Source: Candidatus Latescibacterota bacterium
Lineage (GTDB): Bacteria > Latescibacterota > UBA2968
Reading direction: 5' to 3'
Length of the DNA: 64,000 nt
NCBI GenBank assembly: GCA_965205975.1
Contig: OZ242195.1
Span: 4,416,001 to 4,480,000, forward strand
Positions 58,191-64,000 of this stretch are shown here, one piece after another (within the stretch, counting starts at the first letter, position 1; each line of letters starts with the position of its first letter). Position numbers and translations under genes: made by a program. Below the pieces are notes generated by a model. It made no database searches and was not told the origin of the DNA. It saw only the letters and a list, made by a program, of their open reading frames with translations.

Positions 58191-60650
58191 ATGAACAATT
58201 CCGATCGTCCAATCCGCAAGTTCAATCCGGGGACGTTTCAGTCCGACGAGGAGGTGATTGATCAGTTCGCGGTGAGGAAACACGAACTCGATACGGTGCT
58301 TGGGGTGCTGCGTAGGAATATCGGTTCACCATCGTGCCAGCACGTTCTGATGGTCGCGCCTCGGGGTCGGGGAAAGACGATGTTGCTCGCGCGCGTCTCG
58401 GCGGAGTTGAATGCTGATGGCGAGTTTTCCAGGTGTTTTTTGCCGGTTCGGTTTATGGAGGAGAGTCACGAGATATTCGATCTCGCAGATTTTTGGCTCG
58501 AGACGCTGTTTTATCTCGCGCGGGAGAGCGTCAGGCACGATTCCGCGCTCGCACAGGAACTGCGAGAGGCGCACGCCGATCTGACCAATCACTGGGATGA
58601 GGAGGCGCTCGCGGATCGCGCTCGTGCCGCTGTTCTGGACGCGGCGGACCGATTGGGCAAAAAACTCGTTCTTATGGTGGAAAATCTGCAGGTGCTCTGC
58701 GAAGATGTGGATGACGATTTTGGCTGGCAGTTGCGCGGCGTGTTGGAGTCCGAGCCTCGGATCGTGCTGCTCGCCACTGCGACGAGTCGCTTTGCGGGTC
58801 TGGAAAATGCGGCGGAGCCGTTTTTTGAGTTTTTCCGAATAGTCGATCTGGAACCGCTGAGTACCGAGGACTGTTGTCGTCTGTGGGAGATGGTCAGCGG
58901 CGATGCGGTGACTGAACAGGAGATCAGGCCGCTCGAGATCCTGACCGGTGGCAATCCCCGTCTTCTAATTATGGTTGCCGAGTTCGCGCAGCACAGGTCG
59001 TTGCGCCAGTTGATGGAAGAACTGGTGACGCTGATTGACGAGCATACCGAGTATTTTCGCGGTTATCTGGAGGCTTTGCCTAGGAGCGAGCGCCGCGTGT
59101 ATCTCGCGTTGATTGATTTTTGGCGACCGTCGAGTACGAGCGAGATCGCGGCGCGGGCGCGTATGGGGGTTCGGCCCGTATCGACTATGCTCGGTCGGCT
59201 TGTGAACAGGGGTGCGGTCGTCGTGGAGGGGGCCGGCAGGAAGCGATTGTACGCCGCAGGGGAACCTCTCTATAGCATCTATTACAAGTTGCGGCGCGAG
59301 CGCGACGAGGCGACAGTTATGAGGCGTCTGATCCATTTCATGATGGCGTTCTACGGGATAGGCGAGTTGTACCAGATGTCTGGTCGGCTGAGTTTGGAGG
59401 CGGCGGAGTCAAAGGTTATTCGCGAGGGGATTGAGCGTGCGCTCGTCGAACCACCGGACGTTGAGGACAGTTTTTTACGCGTGGCAGGGTCGGCTGTCGA
59501 ATATATATCGGACAGGGCGACGGCAAATGCGCCATTCACAGCGGAACTGCGTTTAAAAGAGGAGATCCAAACGGCGCTCGATGAGAAAGAATTTGAAAGG
59601 ATTATCGAGATTGGTGACCATTTTATCGCTTCAGGAAGCGTGGATGCATCTCTGATGCCAGAGTCTCTGCTTGCCTACATATTGCATATGAGGGCTATTG
59701 CTTATGAAAAATTGGAGGATTTCCAGGGGGTGGTCGCGGTTTGCGATGAGATGGTTGAGCATTTCGACGACGCGAGCGACCATACACTCCTGGCGCGTAT
59801 GGCCCGCGTATTGATCCACGGGGCAAGAGCGCGATATGAACTCGGAGAGTTGGGGTTGGTGATGTCGGCATATGAGGAGGTGATTGAGCGTTTTGGTTCC
59901 AGCGACGCGCCCGATTTCCAGTTTCCGGTCGCTCTGGCGCTGTTAAAAAAGGGAGATTTGCAAGTTCAACAGAGAGAGTTGGGGCTGGCGGTGTCTGTAT
60001 ATGAAGAGGTGATTGCCCGCTTTGGCTCCAGTGATGCATCGGGGATTCAGCTTTTGGTCGCCTGGTCGTTGTCCCAAAAGGGAGATTTGCAAGCCCAACT
60101 GGGAGAGTTGGCGCTGGCAGTATCTGCGTATGAGGAAGTGATCGCGCGTTTTGGTTCAAGCGATGTGCCAGCGATCCGGGTTCTGGTCGCCTGGTCGTTG
60201 TCCCAAAAGGGTATGATACAAATTAAGGTGGGGCGTATGAAAGAAGCTATGCTCATAAGTGAAGAGCTTGAGGGAAGACTCGGTGCGTTGGCTGACGATG
60301 AGAAGGTGGTGTTTGTATGGCGAGCAAGGTATGTCCATGCTTTGGCACTGCTGCTAAGGAACAGACTACGGATGGCTATGGATGTGTTTCAGTCGGCGTA
60401 TGCGGTGTTCTTATCTGACAACGAAACGATGATGTATGAGATGCTACAACTCGTGCCCGATTTGATCGCAAATGGTGCCTCGGAGCCTGATCTTGTCGAT
60501 ATTCTCCTGTCCAGGGGGAAATCCGATGTGTTGGAACCTCTTATTGTTGCCTTACGACAGCGTTCCGGCGAGGTGGTTCGTGCGCCTGTGGAGGTTCTTG
60601 AGGTGGCAAGGGATATTAACAAGCGTATTGAATTTTTCCGAAATGTATGA
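58191..60650 (+). CDS. STAND-like ATPase-wHTH-TPR protein, copy 2 (4 x 43-aa repeats, first degenerate)
   Basis: Colinear with copy 1: KFNPGTF, PRGRGKT, TGGNPR, VRAPVEVLEVA. Confidence 0.88.
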   Translation: MNNSDRPIRKFNPGTFQSDEEVIDQFAVRKHELDTVLGVLRRNIGSPSCQHVLMVAPRGRGKTMLLARVSAELNADGEFSRCFLPVRFMEESHEIFDLADFWLETLFYLARESVRHDSALAQELREAHADLTNHWDEEALADRARAAVLDAADRLGKKLVLMVENLQVLCEDVDDDFGWQLRGVLESEPRIVLLATATSRFAGLENAAEPFFEFFRIVDLEPLSTEDCCRLWEMVSGDAVTEQEIRPLEILTGGNPRLLIMVAEFAQHRSLRQLMEELVTLIDEHTEYFRGYLEALPRSERRVYLALIDFWRPSSTSEIAARARMGVRPVSTMLGRLVNRGAVVVEGAGRKRLYAAGEPLYSIYYKLRRERDEATVMRRLIHFMMAFYGIGELYQMSGRLSLEAAESKVIREGIERALVEPPDVEDSFLRVAGSAVEYISDRATANAPFTAELRLKEEIQTALDEKEFERIIEIGDHFIASGSVDASLMPESLLAYILHMRAIAYEKLEDFQGVVAVCDEMVEHFDDASDHTLLARMARVLIHGARARYELGELGLVMSAYEEVIERFGSSDAPDFQFPVALALLKKGDLQVQQRELGLAVSVYEEVIARFGSSDASGIQLLVAWSLSQKGDLQAQLGELALAVSAYEEVIARFGSSDVPAIRVLVAWSLSQKGMIQIKVGRMKEAMLISEELEGRLGALADDEKVVFVWRARYVHALALLLRNRLRMAMDVFQSAYAVFLSDNETMMYEMLQLVPDLIANGASEPDLVDILLSRGKSDVLEPLIVALRQRSGEVVRAPVEVLEVARDINKRIEFFRNV

Positions 60651-60762
60651 AGACATTAAAATGCATTAAGACATAATCTGGATGCGTGATCTTGCTTTTT
60701 GCCATTTCCGTCTTATTTTCCCAAAAACAAACGATTGTAAATGTGGGAAGAAGGGAAAAAGA

Positions 60763-62081
60763 ATGGCTGAGCAGGTCAGCATGACGGTTCTGGTGATCGA
60801 TGACGATGCACATATCCGAACTGCTATTGGAAAGTTTCTCATTGCGAGAGGTCATACGGTTATCGAAGCGGCAGATGGCGAAAAGGGTGTAGAGGTGGTG
60901 GAGAGCCAGGCTGTGGATATTGTGATTACGGATGTGAAGATGCCTAAGATGGATGGGTTTGAAGTGCTTCGGCAGGTGCAGTCTATCTCTCCTGAGACCG
61001 AGGTGATTGTGATTACGGGTGTGAAAGAGGCCGAGAATGCGTTTCGCGCGTTGCGAGAAGGGGCGTTTGATTTCTTTAACAAGCCTTTCAAGGTGGAGGA
61101 GTTGAATGCGGCTATCCGACGCACTGTGCGCTACCAGGCGCTTCGAAAAGAGAAGGATAGGGTTCAGGCGAGGCTGGATAGGATGGAGGCACAGGAGCGA
61201 GAAAAGAGCGGTTTGAATGCGATTATAGGGGAAAGTGAGGCGGTTGTGAAGATGAAGGCGCAGATCCGACAGGTGGCTGCGACTGATTATACGACGGTGC
61301 TAATTGTTGGGGAGACGGGTACGGGGAAGGAACTGGTTGCGCGAGCTGTGCATAGCGAGAGCAATCGCGCTGGCGGTCCATTTGTTGCTGTGAATTGTTC
61401 TGCGATTTTGATCTGGCAGATGGGGGTACGCTGTTTCTGGATGAGATTGGGGATATGCCGCTGGATATGCAGGTGCGCCTGTTGCGAACTCTGGAGGATC
61501 GATGCATCAGACCCGTGGGGAGTAGTCGTGAGATAGCTGTGGATGTGCGCGTGGTTGCAGCGACTAATAGAGTGCTTAGTGTAGCGGTGCGGGAAGGGTC
61601 TTTTAGAGAGGATTTGTATTACAGGCTGAATGTGTTCGCGATTCAGGTGCCGCCGTTGCGCGAGCGAGCGGGGGATGTTCTGTTTTTGGCGCGGCACTTT
61701 TTGGCTGGTTATGCCCGCGATTTGCGAAAGCCGTTGATGGGGTTTTCAGAGGAGGCTGAGGATTTGCACCAGCAGCAGGTGTTTCCGGGCAATGTTCGCA
61801 TGCTGAAGAATGCGGTTGAGCGGGCTGCTATTTTGTGCGGGGATGGGGAGATTGAAGCGGATGATCTGGGTTTTGAGCTATTTGAGGGTGGTTCGACCAG
61901 TGGCGTTGAACATGTGGTGCAGAGCCTATCCGGGAATCAGATGAATTTGTCCGCATTTGAGAAGGCACTGCTTTGTGAGGCGTTGCAGCGAACAGAGGGG
62001 AACCAGGTTCAGGCAGCCGCGCTTCTGGGTATTTCGCGGATGGTGCTGAGGAATAGGATGAAGAGGTATGGGTTGGTTTGA
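60763..62081 (+). pseudogene. NtrC-type sigma54 response regulator with deletion/frameshift near 61407
   Basis: [16 protein letters not shown] then jump to [15 protein letters not shown] in another frame; ESELFG/GAFTGA segment absent; Fis HTH. Confidence 0.9.
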
Positions 62082-62154
62082 TGCAGAAGCCGTTTCCGCG
62101 CCTTATGATATGTCTCCCAGTGTGCGAATGTATAAAATCACACATGTGCGCGTT

Positions 62155-62770
62155 TCAGTGTTTCGATTTTTTTCTTTTTTCTGTAAGTTTTTGTTCCATT
62201 TGTCTCCGTTCAAGATAGTGAATTGGTGGATAAGTCATTTTTAAAATTTCCAGTTTTTCACAAATTCTCAATATTTTCTCCGATAGATTTTTTACGCGTT
62301 CTGATAAATTTTGAGGGACAAGCCGAAGCCGCGCAATATTCCCTTTTTGGGCAAATTGAAATTTCAATGACTGGGGGTAATGGTGATCGCATTGGGAGTT
62401 TCGTGTCTGGGGGAGAATGTATCAGATGCTTTGAGCTGTCCAGATACAAAACTGTTTTCGGGGATCTGATTTACCAGTTGCTCCCAGGTTTCGTCTTTCA
62501 ATTTGAGCGTCTGCTTAACAGATAGCCTTTCTCCAGGAGATCCGGTTTTGATTCTGTATTTCGCGCTGCCTGGGAAGATACAGGTAGCGGGATAGAAACA
62601 AATGGGAGCACGCGACCGATATAACTGCGCGCCAAATCTATATCTGGGAGCACGTTTCCTATGATGGCGCATGTGACCGCGGGAGGTTGCGGTGCAGAGG
62701 CAGGAAAAGAGCGAAAAGGATCCCGCTACTGTGAACAGGCCAAAGGCGATGTGTGTGCGGGTGCTGTCAT
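62155..62770 (-). pseudogene. Degraded YdjM-like metal-dependent hydrolase gene
   Basis: MTAP / THIAFG / GNVLPDIDLARSYIGR / YRIKTGSPGE recovered across several frames. Confidence 0.65.
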
Positions 62771-62952
62771 CATTCTTGAATGGCGGCACATCCGGGAAGT
62801 ACTTTTTTTGAGCTATTTGTTGAGTGTGAGGTGCGCCCCAATAGTTGAACCGGTATAAAGGCTGTAACATTGGGTATCAGCTTTGCACATATCTGCAATT
62901 TACTCGAAAAAAACAGGGGTTTGCAATGGCGTTTTGAGTATGCGAATGAGTC

Positions 62953-63753
62953 TTACCACACAATTTCGTGGGCGTTGACGACGGGTCCTTCGAGGCAGAC
63001 GCAGCGATAGCGGCGGTCTTCGGTAGGATATGTTTTGTATTCGACTACACATCCGACACAGGCGCCAAAACCGCAGGCCATGTGGTTTTCGAGGGAGGCA
63101 AAGCAGGGGGTGTTTAATTCGGCGGCGATGTGGGCTACGCGCGCCATCATGGGATGCGGACCACAGGTGAGGATGGTCGTGTGGTTTGAGAGGGTGTGTT
63201 CGGCAATGAGTTCTGTGACAAAACCTCGGTGTCCCACACTGCCGTCATCGGTGGCGATGTGGAGGGATAGATCAGCGGGTAAGAGTGTGGACATGTCGGG
63301 CAGACGCGCGGCGTTTGCTGAGCCCATGAGGTAGATCATGTCGGGACGGCGATCGGGGTGTTCCCACGCCAAAAATGCGAGGGGGACGAGGCCGACGCCA
63401 CCGGCGACGAGGAGGATGCGTTTGGTTTCTGGGGGAGCGAAAGGGTTGCCCAGTGGTCCGCTGATATCAAATGGGTCGCCGCATTGGGCAGCGGATAAGC
63501 GTTCGGTGCCGGGTCCGATGACGTCGTAGATGAGGTCGAGCCAGCCTGCTTTGCGGTCTGCGCGCAATACGCTGAAGGGACGGCGAAGATATGGCGAGAG
63601 ACCCGGATCAGTCAGGATTTGCAGAAATTGCGCTGGGCGAGAAGTGGTTGCGAGCCGGGGCGCGTGCAGGCGCATGAGATATACGCCCTGTGCAATGGGT
63701 TCATTTTTTTGTACGATGGCAGATTCGGAGATGAAGTGTGGGATTTCGGGCAT
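62953..63753 (-). CDS. pyrK: Dihydroorotate dehydrogenase electron transfer subunit
   Basis: RRPFS, GPLGN, AGGVG, CGP, MACGFGACVGC...CLEGP. Confidence 0.92.
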   Translation of the reverse strand: MPEIPHFISESAIVQKNEPIAQGVYLMRLHAPRLATTSRPAQFLQILTDPGLSPYLRRPFSVLRADRKAGWLDLIYDVIGPGTERLSAAQCGDPFDISGPLGNPFAPPETKRILLVAGGVGLVPLAFLAWEHPDRRPDMIYLMGSANAARLPDMSTLLPADLSLHIATDDGSVGHRGFVTELIAEHTLSNHTTILTCGPHPMMARVAHIAAELNTPCFASLENHMACGFGACVGCVVEYKTYPTEDRRYRCVCLEGPVVNAHEIVW

Positions 63754-63756
63754 TAT

Positions 63757-63999
63757 CTACTCTGGCGGTTCAAAATAGATGGATATGTCTATCCACATGT
63801 CGCGCGGCACGTCTTCGTGTATTCCAGGTTCAAAGGTGTATTGCTGTACGGCTTTTACTGCGGCGCTGTGAAATAATTCGGGTCCAGAGGTTACATGGAC
63901 TTCGCCCACGCTGCCATTTTTTAAGATCAGCAAGCGCAGGATGACTGTGGCGGGTTTGCCATCGGCTCTGGCTTCTTTGGGGTATTCGGGTTCGATTTC
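63757..63999 (-). CDS. TonB C-terminal domain protein (3' end only)
   Basis: PEYPKEARADG...GSVGEVHV...AAVKAVQQYTFEP, stop at 63757. Confidence 0.8.
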   Translation of the reverse strand, partial: EIEPEYPKEARADGKPATVILRLLILKNGSVGEVHVTSGPELFHSAAVKAVQQYTFEPGIHEDVPRDMWIDISIYFEPPE

Positions 64000-64000
64000 T

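Noticed and set aside
55360..60650. Diversity-generating retroelement TR/VR pair
   Set aside because: No reverse transcriptase; differences are not adenine-specific and span whole genes
61380..61420. Programmed frameshift in the sigma54 regulator
   Set aside because: The GAFTGA segment is physically missing, so a deletion explains it better

Overview
64 kb of bacterial chromosome (taxon not determinable; a strongly G/T-rich + strand suggests it is the leading strand). Core content: 3' part of a urease operon (ureC-F-G-D), sugar-acid and sulfatase catabolic genes, two lolC/E paralogs, rsgA, a full ccm (cytochrome c maturation System I) cluster, an ECF sigma operon, pyrK and the end of a TonB-domain gene. 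Accessory DNA is interspersed: toxin-antitoxin fragments, a Panacea-type TA cassette between duplicated terminators, two REP families and several pseudogenes. Best candidate for an undescribed system: an island at ~53.9-60.65 kb with one small STAND-like ATPase plus two paralogous ATPase-wHTH-TPR proteins that differ by exactly one 43-aa repeat, each unit preceded by a repeated ~90-bp hairpin and tandem palindromic operator-like sites; it sits between the two deletion-damaged genes of a two-component system. Also missed by the ORF track: an Rdx/SelW selenoprotein (CxxU, in-frame TGA plus SECIS-like hairpin) and ccmD. No rRNA, tRNA, CRISPR array or intact transposase seen. Family calls come from motif recognition by eye, not database searches.
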